Below are positions 18,483 to 27,257 of a stretch of 64,000 nt of DNA, piece by piece. Source of the DNA: a virus (Duplodnaviria; Heunggongvirae; Uroviricota; Caudoviricetes); IMG/VR virus record IMGVR_UViG_3300025858_000011; one strand, written 5' to 3'. The notes under the pieces were generated by a model. That model was not told the DNA's origin. It did no database searches and worked only from the letters and a program-made list of their open reading frames with translations. The position numbers and the translations under genes are program-made. Within the stretch, counting starts at the first letter, position 1; every line of letters starts with the position of its first letter.

Positions 18483-18556
18483 TAGTGGCGGGAGGAGTTG
18501 AACCTCCGACCCTCGCCTTATCAGAGCGATGCCCTAACCAACTGGGCTACGCCACT
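18483..18556 (-). tRNA. tRNA-Ile(GAT)
   Basis: acceptor AGTGGCG/CGCCACT, D GCCCAGTTGGTTAGGGC, anticodon loop CTGATAA, T GGAGGTTCAACTCCTCC. Confidence 0.7.
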
Positions 18557-18770
18557 ATATCTCGATTCTTGGTGTCACTGATACATATACCCAGGATTTC
18601 TTTGACGTATCCCAGGTTCTGCTTATATCAAGACTCCGTACAATTGTTCCAGTAATTTCTTCGAAAACTTTGATGGCTGCTTCCACAGCAAGCTCAAGAT
18701 TTTCTTTTTCTTTCTTAATTGCCTCAGCGTATGTAGCAGGAGCAACTGTTATCGCGGTATCTTCTGCCAT
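18555..18770 (-). CDS. hypothetical protein (71 aa)
   Basis: ORF. Confidence 0.4.
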   Translation of the reverse strand: MAEDTAITVAPATYAEAIKKEKENLELAVEAAIKVFEEITGTIVRSLDISRTWDTSKKSWVYVSVTPRIEI

Positions 18771-18824
18771 TTATTTTCCTTTATAATATAAGTAATTTTT
18801 TTAAAGTTTCCAAATAAAATATTG

Positions 18825-18896
18825 AGGCCACGATGGGATTCGAACCCATGATCACAGTTTTGCAGACTGTTGCCTTAACCTCTCGGCCACACGGCC
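18825..18896 (-). tRNA. tRNA-Cys(GCA)
   Basis: acceptor GGCCGTG/CGTGGCC, 3-bp D stem, anticodon loop CTGCAAA, T ATGGGTTCGAATCCCAT. Confidence 0.7.
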
Positions 18897-19130
18897 TTAT
18901 TTTTGTGACATAATGTTATAACAGTTGATACACAGTGACCTTACTAGTAAATGAGATGGACACTGTTCACCACATCTTCTGCATGCTAGTATTTTTATAG
19001 TATATTGCTTCTTGTTAATGGAAACAATTCCTGCAATTGCTATAAATGCTATAAACAGAACAATACTCAATATTATGTACAATTTCTTCTCCTTATTATT
19101 ATTGCCAGGATTATGAGTATAATTATCCAA
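18897..19130 (-). CDS. small membrane/zinc-ribbon hypothetical protein
   Basis: TM helix + CRRCGEQC...CINC. Confidence 0.4.
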   Translation of the reverse strand: MDNYTHNPGNNNKEKKLYIILSIVLFIAFIAIAGIVSINKKQYTIKILACRRCGEQCPSHLLVRSLCINCYNIMSQK

Positions 19131-19209
19131 ATAATAATGGATAATATCGTTGAAAAACCAAAAATAAATACTGCTATTAAAAAGGCATAAAGTATCATTT
19201 CATGGTTAG

Positions 19210-19446
19210 TCATAATCTAAACCTCGGACAAGTTGGATCCAATTTGGCCATTCTATCACAAAGTTTATTGAACCTTATCTTTATAGAATAAAGATCTTTG
19301 CTGATATTTTCTGCCAGGGCTGCCCCACATGAGTATCCATCTAATATTCTATAATAAGCTCGATATGCGGCCTTAGCCTGTTTTTGAAGAGCAAGTATTT
19401 TAGGATCTGTAGTCTTATTTTGTTTCATATTCACATCCATCTCCAA
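19210..19446 (-). CDS. hypothetical protein (78 aa)
   Basis: ORF. Confidence 0.4.
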   Translation of the reverse strand: MEMDVNMKQNKTTDPKILALQKQAKAAYRAYYRILDGYSCGAALAENISKDLYSIKIRFNKLCDRMAKLDPTCPRFRL

Positions 19447-19682
19447 AAGTATCCGCTACTGCCCAGTCCCAAGATAAATTAACTTTTTTACTTTGATTTG
19501 CATAAAAATCCTTTAAATAATAGTAGTACCAAGTTGCACTTACTTGTATACTACCATTGTATACGGTGAATTTGGATTAATTTCCGGAGGAATTGGCTTA
19601 GGATTCGCACAACATAATAAACACGCTAGAGCAAATATTACTATGTACTTCGTAACGCATTCCCCTTTATAAATTTAACTGC

Positions 19683-19969
19683 GCCCTCCCCGGGACTCGG
19701 ACCCGGAACCTACGGATTCAAGATTATGTTAGTTTCCTAACGTCTTGGACTTTCTCTTTACCGTATCATATCTCTATGACTTAGGTAGTAGCCGTCAAGT
19801 CTCTACACTTCCCATCAATATTTATATTGACGGTTTAGCTCGGGATTGCCATAAAGTAATGCTACTTTTTAGGTTTCCCCGAATTTGACTACTTACACTT
19901 ATAAAATTTCTTTTATAAGGCCCAAATTTTTTAGAAGTCCGTTGCTCTGTCCAATTGAGCTAAGAGGGC
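19683..19969 (-). tRNA. tRNA-Arg(TCT) interrupted by 213-nt group I intron (exons 19933..19969 and 19683..19719)
   Basis: 5' exon GCCCTCT-TA-GCTCAATTGGACAGAGC-A-ACGGA-CTTCT; 3' exon AA-TCCGT-AGGTT-CCGGGTCCGAGTCCCGG-GGAGGGC-G; 5' exon ends U, intron ends G. Confidence 0.7.
19720..19932 (-). other. group I intron, subgroup IC3-like, inserted after anticodon position 36
   Basis: AGTAGTCAAATTCGGGGAAACCTAAAAAGT, TTATGGCAATCCCGAGCT and GGGAAGTGTAGAGACTTGACGGCTACTACCTAAGTCATAG closely match the Azoarcus pre-tRNA-Ile intron (GUGUCAAAUUCGGCGAAACCUAAGCG, UAUGGCAACGCCGAGCC, GAAGGUGUAGAGACUAGACGGCACCCACCUAAGGCA). Confidence 0.75.
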
Positions 19970-20033
19970 AAAACTGGCGCAGTCGATGGAATGCACTCTC
20001 ATTATGTGCATCCCATCTATGCACTATGTTTAC

Positions 20034-21059
20034 TTATATTTCAAATGCCTTTGCTTTAACCCATTTTCTATTTGTTAATAGCCATTCTTTTCGAACAACT
20101 ACTGACGCATAAACGGGATTATTATTCAAAAGCATACATTGTCCTATAAGCTGTTCATTACGAAGACTTACTACCTGAACGGAATCTACAGTCTCATCAG
20201 TTTCAGTAATAAGCGGATCATCAATCAATTCACTGACGATCTTTCTTGCCAAAAGCATCTCTTCAGCTTTTGCTTTATCATAATTTGCAAGAACTTCATC
20301 GATGGTTGACACATTTGCATCGATATGTACGTAGGTTTTATAGTCAACAGTTTTTTTGACATCGATGTCTTTTGACAATCGAATTGCTGCCGTACCATAA
20401 CAGGTGCGGATCAACGCGTCAAATACTTCCCGAAAGAATTCTTCATTAGGGCATCTTTCGATGCCAAATACCACACCATTGATTAAAATGATAGCGCCAA
20501 CCTGACCCTTTACAGGTTCAAATTGAACTACGAATTCATCCAATTCTTTCTGAAATTTCTCGTAGAAGTATATCAAATGCCCCTCACTACGTGAAATTCC
20601 TGATTCATTATTAAATCTGGTGATATAAGGCCATAGCTTAGAGTAAGACTCTTTTCCTTTTAATGCAGTAGCATCTGCACGAAGTGCCCATGGTAAAATT
20701 GCTAATGACTTTTTACCACGCGACAAATGACCGCCCTGTGTTTGTTGAATACAGGCGCAATCATTATACTGCTTTGTTTTACCCTTTGTAACATATCCCA
20801 TGCGCATCATCGCATGATCCTGGGCACTTTCTTTGGTCATATAAGATGCATGTGCCGGTATAATGATGCTTTTATCAGTTACATTGATAAACGTAAGATT
20901 ACCATATGCTGAGTTTGTTACCTCGGCATTAGTAGATGATACAAAGTCTTCACATTGAAGTCCTTTGTCTAATAACAATGGAATCATCGTGAAAACTCCT
21001 ACGTGCTGCATATTTCCAACTACGCATCCTCGTAGTATATCTCTCGTATTAGTAAGCAT
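20034..21059 (-). CDS. hypothetical protein (341 aa), partner of vWA protein
   Basis: ORF abutting the vWA gene (2-nt gap). Confidence 0.55.
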   Translation of the reverse strand: MLTNTRDILRGCVVGNMQHVGVFTMIPLLLDKGLQCEDFVSSTNAEVTNSAYGNLTFINVTDKSIIIPAHASYMTKESAQDHAMMRMGYVTKGKTKQYNDCACIQQTQGGHLSRGKKSLAILPWALRADATALKGKESYSKLWPYITRFNNESGISRSEGHLIYFYEKFQKELDEFVVQFEPVKGQVGAIILINGVVFGIERCPNEEFFREVFDALIRTCYGTAAIRLSKDIDVKKTVDYKTYVHIDANVSTIDEVLANYDKAKAEEMLLARKIVSELIDDPLITETDETVDSVQVVSLRNEQLIGQCMLLNNNPVYASVVVRKEWLLTNRKWVKAKAFEI

Positions 21060-21060
21060 A

Positions 21061-22578
21061 TCAGTTTCCTCCCACTAATTTAAGTGTAGAGTTTTCTAAC
21101 ATGCCGATGCCCATTACAGGATCTGTGATAAATATACTTCGTAACATCGCTACTCCAACCTTAGTGATATCCATTACAGGAACTACGAGTACTGAGTCAT
21201 TCTCTGTAAATTTTCTGACTCCTGATGCTTCAGCGGCCATTACAGACGGAAGATAAATGATAGGAACTGTCCATCCCACTTTCCTTAATAAGGATAATAA
21301 TTCATCAAATCTTCCCGCAATGACATTTTCGTATCCGTCAGACACCACGAATATACAGTTTACATCTTTTTTTGCTAAATTCCGTAAACCCTCTGCCAGA
21401 TTAGTACCATCTTGCGGAAAAGGAAGAGTTTTAATAGTTTTTCCACCAATTCGTTCGACATGGACTTCTTCAGCATGCATTAATGTTTTCATTGTTGCGT
21501 AGGCGATTGCCATCGGTCGCATCGGTTGAGTTACATGACCACTCATGCTCTGAGAAGCATCAAAGATGATACCGATGTTCTTATACTTAAAAGGAAACTG
21601 TTCGTAAGCTTTTTTAGCCTTCTCATCAATCACTTGATTAATCTCTACAGTGGTTCCTTTTTCATAAATATAGATCGCAAGATCATTTAGACTCATAGCT
21701 CTCGGATTAAATTCGATGACCTTTGTAACTCCTACTTTTTTCTGAGTAGTCTGAGTTATCATTTTTTCCTTATCAGTCATTGCTTCTTCTGATAATTCAA
21801 AAATCCTGGCTACGGGAATTTCGCGATGATACTTACTTCGAATGCCTTCTAAGGTTGTTCTTGGCAATCCTTTTCCCTTGGAAAAATCAACTTTGCAATC
21901 TTCATACTGCTGAAGAAGCGTAGTCTTAAATGGGCCACTATTTCCTAATATAAATGAAACACATTCTAACTGAGTTTCACTTATATCTGGCCCTAGAAAG
22001 TTTGCAATCATCTGACGTTCTCGTAATATCCGTATTTCAGTAGGAGCAGAACTCTTTGCTAATATCGCTTTTGTGATAGAAGCTCTACGTTCTCCGAGCA
22101 CGTGTTTCAATGCCGTTCGAAGTTTATTACGGTATTTCACTGCTTCAAATGGCAAGTGCTCATTTGATAGAATTGACGTTAATATCAGCTTTCTAGTGCG
22201 AGTGTTGTTAACGCGTGCTTTAGCCAATTTTACAAATAATTTAAAACGTCTAGTAGCGGGCAAATGACTTACGATGTGCTGTAGGCCGATGTATTCTTGT
22301 TCAGCGGTTAATATTCCACTACTAAAGGAAGTACCCAATAGTTTTTCGACGACTGTCTGTCGACCATTGTCTTGTACAGATGGTAATAGTGATGCTAAAA
22401 GATATAGTCCACGATCTATTGCTAATATTTGATCATGGGCAGACTTCTTTACAGCATCCTGCTCCCCTTCTGTATTTACTGCAGTTGCTTTTCCAGTTGA
22501 TGTAACCAACGAATCCAAGTATGTCGGCATCGCAGTTTTCAGCAACATAAGCGAAGCCTGTGAAAGTTGTTTTTCCAC
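21061..22578 (-). CDS. vWA domain protein (505 aa)
   Basis: MIDAS IFDASQSMSG; later VVSDGYEN. Confidence 0.6.
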   Translation of the reverse strand: MEKQLSQASLMLLKTAMPTYLDSLVTSTGKATAVNTEGEQDAVKKSAHDQILAIDRGLYLLASLLPSVQDNGRQTVVEKLLGTSFSSGILTAEQEYIGLQHIVSHLPATRRFKLFVKLAKARVNNTRTRKLILTSILSNEHLPFEAVKYRNKLRTALKHVLGERRASITKAILAKSSAPTEIRILRERQMIANFLGPDISETQLECVSFILGNSGPFKTTLLQQYEDCKVDFSKGKGLPRTTLEGIRSKYHREIPVARIFELSEEAMTDKEKMITQTTQKKVGVTKVIEFNPRAMSLNDLAIYIYEKGTTVEINQVIDEKAKKAYEQFPFKYKNIGIIFDASQSMSGHVTQPMRPMAIAYATMKTLMHAEEVHVERIGGKTIKTLPFPQDGTNLAEGLRNLAKKDVNCIFVVSDGYENVIAGRFDELLSLLRKVGWTVPIIYLPSVMAAEASGVRKFTENDSVLVVPVMDITKVGVAMLRSIFITDPVMGIGMLENSTLKLVGGN

Positions 22579-22622
22579 ATAGCCTCCTAATTAAAATTAA
22601 TGAAAAGTTTAGGTACAATTAT

Positions 22623-22658
22623 AAAAAAGGGGTAGGGCACACTAATGCACCCTACCCT
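22623..22658 (-). terminator. intrinsic terminator (minus)
   Basis: GGGTAGGGTGCATTAGTGTGCCCTACCC hairpin + T6 on minus strand. Confidence 0.55.
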
Positions 22659-22720
22659 ATGAATTTGAAGAAAATTCGTAAATGATTTTTTCTTATTACT
22701 CCCCAAAACTAACAATATAC

Positions 22721-22790
22721 TTGCGGGGAGTGCCGGAGTCGAACCAGCTTGACTATTATTGAGATAGTATTATCCATTCTGAAATCATTT
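22721..22790 (-). pseudogene. tRNA-like 3' top-half fragment
   Basis: T-arm GCTGGTTCGACTCCGGC + ACTCCCC then 24-nt loop and GGGGAGT; no D or anticodon arm. Confidence 0.25.
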
Positions 22791-22920
22791 TCAGTTCTTC
22801 AAAAAATAAACATTAGGAGTAGGACTGAGGTTGTCTTGTTTATTTTTCATTCGAAATATCTGAAACAGCGTCAAGTCTCCTAATACAATAAAATGGTGGT
22901 AAGTTTATAGTTATGTTTTT

Positions 22921-22990
22921 CGAGCGGGATTTGAACCCGCCACCGATTGATTATAAGTCAATTGCTCTACCAAATGAGCTATTCTGAAAT
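22921..22990 (-). pseudogene. tRNA-like gene with anticodon loop CTTATAA (Ile-TAT-like) but unpaired acceptor
   Basis: good D (GCTCATTTGGTAGAGC), anticodon (ATTGA/TCAAT) and T (GCGGGTTCAAATCCCGC) arms; acceptor TTCAGAA vs TCGAAAA does not pair. Confidence 0.3.
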
Positions 22991-23010
22991 AACTGTAAGT
23001 CCACCGATGG

Positions 23011-23090
23011 TTACGACAAAAGGATTTGAACCTCTAAATTACGGTACCCGGGAGGATTACCGTCGCGTCTGCCAATTCCGCCATATCGTA
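23011..23090 (-). tRNA. tRNA-like gene with aberrant 13-nt anticodon-loop region (anticodon undetermined), CCA encoded
   Basis: acceptor TACGATA/TGTCGTA, D GCGGAATTGGCAGACGC, T AGAGGTTCAAATCCTTT, 3' ACCA; anticodon arm ACGGT-AATCCTCCCGGGT-ACCGT. Confidence 0.35.
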
Positions 23091-23121
23091 ATAAATAGGC
23101 AATAATTAATAAGTAAATTTT

Positions 23122-23196
23122 GTTTAGAAACAGGACTTGAACCTGCAATTCATTGATCCGCAATCAATTGTCTATACCAAATTAGACGATTCTGAA
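23122..23196 (-). tRNA. tRNA-Arg(GCG) candidate
   Basis: acceptor TTCAGAA/TTCTAAA (one C-A mismatch), D GTCTAATTTGGTATAGAC, anticodon stem ATTGA/TCAAT loop TTGCGGA, T GCAGGTTCAAGTCCTGT. Confidence 0.45.
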
Positions 23197-23219
23197 ATTA
23201 CTTAGTAGTTTGCCTTTTG

Positions 23220-23292
23220 TAGCGGGGGAGGGATTCGAACCCTCGCATAGCCTGGTTATGAGCCAAGTGACTTGCCACTTGTCGACCCCGCA
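23220..23292 (-). tRNA. tRNA-Met(CAT) (elongator or Ile-lysidine type)
   Basis: acceptor TGCGGGG/CCCCGCT (1-72 mismatch), anticodon stem CTTGG/CCAGG loop CTCATAA, T GAGGGTTCGAATCCCTC. Confidence 0.6.
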
Positions 23293-23298
23293 ATCAAA

Positions 23299-23685
23299 TT
23301 ACTTTTCGATCTCATAGATAGCAGCTATTGCTGCATCAACGATTTTATTTATGGCCATTATCTTGGCCATTTTTACATCTGTCTCAGTGTCTCTTGTTCT
23401 TGTTGCCCTCGAACTAAATCTTGCCTCTTCAACCTGATCAGGAATCTTTACGAGCATTGTTCTTGCCCGAAGATATGACCGAAATAATGCAAATTTAAGA
23501 TTTTGCACTTCGATCTCCCTTATCGCCGATTTTAATGAATCCTGAACAACTTCTACTACGGGAGTCATCCCTTTAGAGTTTACAAGATCTTCAAATGCTG
23601 CCTGTGCGGTATTTAATTCTTGCGTAGGGGCCTGTGCACATGCCAATAAAAGACATATGACAAAAAGAATTGATAACTTACGCAT
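23299..23685 (-). CDS. lipoprotein (128 aa)
   Basis: signal peptide + lipobox LLACAQ. Confidence 0.55.
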   Translation of the reverse strand: MRKLSILFVICLLLACAQAPTQELNTAQAAFEDLVNSKGMTPVVEVVQDSLKSAIREIEVQNLKFALFRSYLRARTMLVKIPDQVEEARFSSRATRTRDTETDVKMAKIMAINKIVDAAIAAIYEIEK

Positions 23686-23832
23686 ATCATCCTTTCAATT
23701 TTGATGACGAAGGCAATAAAAACAAAGCTAAACAAGTAGGGTTTGTTAGAATCATAATATGAATTATAAAAATGCCTTCGTCATAAATCTTATACCAATT
23801 AATATATGCAATGCTTTTTTAAAAAGCAAGTA

Positions 23833-24050
23833 AAAAATAATAGATAGTTGTCCCTTGCGTTAGTGGGATCCCCGTAGCTGCAAACTCGGAGCAAATACCT
23901 TGGAAAGATCCGGAGGGTTTTGTTTGCAGATATCCCTCCTCATTTTTTCCATGAACATGGCGAAATACGCGAGGCCTTAAGTCCTCATTGATTTAAGTGT
24001 GAAGCTTAGCTTCTTCCTCTTAAACCTTCTCTGCTGCAACTATCTATTAA
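23833..24050. repeat. ~220-bp element bounded by 13-bp inverted repeats (TAATAGATAGTTG / CAACTATCTATTA)
   Basis: perfect IR 190 bp apart; internal sequence moderately GC-rich, no ORF >35 aa; preceded at 24030-24085 by a second copy of the promoter-like block seen upstream of gene 24588..25355. Confidence 0.4.
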
Positions 24051-24350
24051 TAAAAAATTAGACTACCGGCCAGGCGAACTGACTCCTTACGCCTATACTA
24101 ACATAAGTAAGATGTATTGATTGATAAATAAGCAATAGGCATAGGTCTACTTATCCTTACAATATCATTCCCAGCAATATTCGCAATATTAAAACCTAAC
24201 TAGTTAGATACTAATAATTAATTATGCTTCTAGTAATCTAATATAACTTTGGGCCGCCGAACATATCCTTGATCGCACGGCCAAATCAGATAATATGATC
24301 AAATTCATAGTCTGGAAGTATGTATTACAAATGTCACTCGCCGCCCTGAT

Positions 24351-24445
24351 TAATGCTAAATTTGCTGCTCTACCACTGAGCTACTCCGCCATAATAAACA
24401 ATAACATTAGAGGCGGAGGGTGGGATTGGACCACCGACACACAAA
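24351..24445 (-). tRNA. circularly permuted tRNA-like gene (3' half upstream of 5' half)
   Basis: minus reading: TTTGT-GTGTC-GGTGGTCCAATCCCACC-CTCCGCC, 21-nt spacer, then GGCGGAG-TA-GCTCAGTGGTAGAGC-A-GCAAA...; acceptor halves are perfectly complementary (7/7). Confidence 0.4.
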
Positions 24446-24587
24446 GAAAGAAAGAACTCGATGACATGTGATACTGTTACTAAAACTGTTTGGGCAAGAT
24501 GCTTTATATAAGACTGAGCTTAATATATGTAAGGTTGTAAAGCCTTACTTTGTAATGCTGATACTTTCCCAAAAGTTTAGTTACAAT

Positions 24588-25355
24588 TTATTGATTGTAA
24601 AAAAGAAACTTTAATAGCTCGAAGCCAAATTTAACATTGGTGGCTTCGTTACTATTTGCACGACTACGTGCGTCCGCGATGGCAGAGAGCATTTTATCTA
24701 CTCTGGACATCATATCGGCCTTTACTGCTGGAGAAATCTTTCCTGATACAATACGTCTTGAAAATTCTCCAACCTGTGTTTTCTTTACAGCCTCTCGCAC
24801 TTGTGCGGGATGCTTATCCGTCGCCGGAGCTAATACTACCGGAACAGTCTCTTCAACATATCGGTACGTAGGAGCCTCTTGAGTTACTGAGGTGCCATCA
24901 CGTTCATCGTCATTCTCTTTCCAAGCCTTAGCCATGTCCAGAGTTGGAAGATTATTTACGATATGCTCTCTGAGTTCTCTTACGGACTTCTCCAATTGGA
25001 GCAGTTCCTGCGAAGAAAATTCTCCGAAGTCACGATCTCCAATTAAGAGATTTGCCTTTAACCCGCCAGAAGCATTTGAAGCTTCTCGAGATAATTGAAC
25101 ATTAATAGAATCAGCAAGATAAGGAAGAATGAAATCCAATTTTTCTGTTACAGTTGTTATCAGTTCTTTTCCCTCATCCGGCTGCTTGTCCCCGGCCTCA
25201 TCGAAGGGAGTATAAGTCCGAAGATATCCTTCGAACATCTCGCCCTTTTGGAAAGTCTTTGCGGCTTCAGCTAGGAGTTTATTTCCTTGCTGTACTTTGT
25301 CTCCCATCACTGCAAGCAGTTGATGGAATTGCCCTGCTTTTGTTTTAGTAAGCAT
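24588..25355 (-). CDS. hypothetical protein (255 aa), GC-rich
   Basis: ORF; GAGGA SD; codon usage richer in GC than neighbours. Confidence 0.55.
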   Translation of the reverse strand: MLTKTKAGQFHQLLAVMGDKVQQGNKLLAEAAKTFQKGEMFEGYLRTYTPFDEAGDKQPDEGKELITTVTEKLDFILPYLADSINVQLSREASNASGGLKANLLIGDRDFGEFSSQELLQLEKSVRELREHIVNNLPTLDMAKAWKENDDERDGTSVTQEAPTYRYVEETVPVVLAPATDKHPAQVREAVKKTQVGEFSRRIVSGKISPAVKADMMSRVDKMLSAIADARSRANSNEATNVKFGFELLKFLFYNQ

Positions 25356-25379
25356 TTATTTTCCTGGTTATAATATAAA

Positions 25380-26500
25380 AAATGAATAGTTGCCCAGGCG
25401 AACTGGGTGTCCTGATACACGTTTTTTATGGACATAAACTGCTGTCAGTTGACTTCGATGATCTTCGTGTAATAGTATCTAGGTAGCTCTGACAATCTAA
25501 GTCTATGCGAAAGTTCGCGTCATTGGAGAATACTTGTCTAGAATTTCCTCTCCGACTTGTTCTGCTCCAGCTATTCATTAATTGAGCACATTGTGCGCTA
25601 ATATTCTTAAAGTAAAAACAAAACAACTCAGGGTTGATTACTCAGCTCAGAGATTGCTTTGTTTAGAAAGCCTGAGACTACAGCTTTCAATACGCACCTC
25701 TACTCCCTTATTGTTTAGGAGCTTATCCACTACGACCGCTGTTAACGTATCGTAGTAGTGCGCGATGCCGGATGGGTTACCATCCAATTTCGATGTGGTC
25801 TGCTCGGCGATACTTCGTTCCCCCTGGGTTCGACCCCAAGAATCGGACCTTGCGAGTCCGGGAGAAATACCTACCAAAGACGATGGCTTCGCAAGCCATA
25901 GCCTTCCACTTTCCAATGGAGTGGACTTGGGCAACTTGTAAACCACACGCGGAAGCGTTTTTGCTTTTAATTGCATTCAATTTTTGGCATGTTAGCCGGA
26001 TTCAGGAATCGCACCTGATAATTTAATTACCATTATTCTCATTTTTAAGCCAGGAGCTTCCGTGAGGGACCATTTCCTTTTGAGAAACAGCATCCCTCCC
26101 TGGCCTATGGCAGCATCTCTGCTAACCGGTAATTTACTCCGCGCTCGCTACGCGTTTCTGTAAATCACTAGAGCACGCTCTTGACAATCGCTTGTCTCGA
26201 ACTAAGCTCTCTGATCTTGTCTCCCTAGCTAACTGTTAGACGTGTGCCCTCTAGTTCTAAGTAGAGGTATAGACTCGGCGGTCGCCCCTGTCTACGATGG
26301 CAATCACACACCAGCTTACTAAGTTCGCCCATTTAATAATAGGCACCTCTTTGTAGAGGCGAAAGATCATTGCTTGGACGGACTACGTACCACGGCAAGC
26401 CGCAATTCATAGCGCAAATTTACGTGAGATACGTAAGGATTGCTTTCCCGTATTACTACGGATTATCTTCCCAAGCGAAAAGCGTACATAGTACGCTACC
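25380..26500. other. 1.1-kb GC-rich ORF-poor segment (candidate structured RNA or foreign insert)
   Basis: ~50% GC versus ~35% around it; only short mutually overlapping ORFs; abundant local complementarity. Confidence 0.35.
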
Positions 26501-26506
26501 TTTTTC

Positions 26507-26953
26507 TTATACCAAGAAATTTTTTATTTGTTTAGATAGATCCTCGAGAGAAAAAACTACTTTAATATATGGACGTCTAAGTGATGTTTGTATTAATACA
26601 TCACTACGTCTTGTATATTCAGGATCTACGCCAATAAATAACATTTTAGGTTTATACATTGACCAGGCACCCAGCTCGTATAATACAATTGGGCATAGGG
26701 TTTCCTTAGGAAACCAGAATGATATGGCAGCTGCTTCATTTAAATGATAAAATTCCCACTCGATTTGCGCACGGGCGGCATTGGGATCGCTGATGGGAAA
26801 ATTCTTTCTTCGTGGATTAACAAGTATAATATCTTCATCTTTTAGAAGATCTACTAGTTCCGCTTGCCAATCGGGACATCCAGTTATCCCTCCAGCGAGG
26901 AATATATGATCTCCATGGCCGAGATAATTATTTGGAGCTTCAATGTATGTCAT
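26507..26953 (-). CDS. nucleoside 2-deoxyribosyltransferase-like protein
   Basis: IFLAGGITGCPDW...VNP...EWEF...LYELGAW pattern of Nuc_deoxyri_tr2-type Rossmann-like hydrolases. Confidence 0.5.
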   Translation of the reverse strand: MTYIEAPNNYLGHGDHIFLAGGITGCPDWQAELVDLLKDEDIILVNPRRKNFPISDPNAARAQIEWEFYHLNEAAAISFWFPKETLCPIVLYELGAWSMYKPKMLFIGVDPEYTRRSDVLIQTSLRRPYIKVVFSLEDLSKQIKNFLV

Positions 26954-27114
26954 TTATATTCTTGGTTAAATTAATATAAAAAAATACCGCCCCTATGTTC
27001 ATTCATAGGTCTACTAAATCTCCAAGCATGACCATGGAGACGCGTAGAAAAGGACAGCGATGGCCCATGTCCGTCATCAGTAGTCCGGCGGCAAGCTTAT
27101 TATAAAGTGTGAAC

Positions 27115-27158
27115 ACCCGGGAGACAGGATGTGAACTCCCGGGTGGTCGTTTTCGTCT
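27115..27158 (+). terminator. intrinsic terminator (plus)
   Basis: ACCCGGGAG..CTCCCGGGT hairpin followed by CGTTTTCGTCT. Confidence 0.5.
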
Positions 27159-27177
27159 GACATCCAGCCAGGCGTTG

Positions 27178-27250
27178 TCTGGGTGGCAGGGGACGATCCT
27201 GCGACCTCCTGGTCCCAAACCAGGCGCGCTACCAGCTGCGCTACACCCAG
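27178..27250 (-). tRNA. tRNA-Pro(TGG), GC-rich
   Basis: acceptor CTGGGTG/CACCCAG (C1-G72, typical of Pro), D GCGCAGCTGGTAGCGC, anticodon stem CCTGG/CCAGG loop TTTGGGA, T GCAGGATCGTCCCCTGC. Confidence 0.65.
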
Positions 27251-27257
27251 ATTAATA

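Noticed and set aside
19885-20112. ORF 19885..20112 (plus)
   Set aside because: Overlaps the 5' exon and group I intron of tRNA-Arg; spurious.
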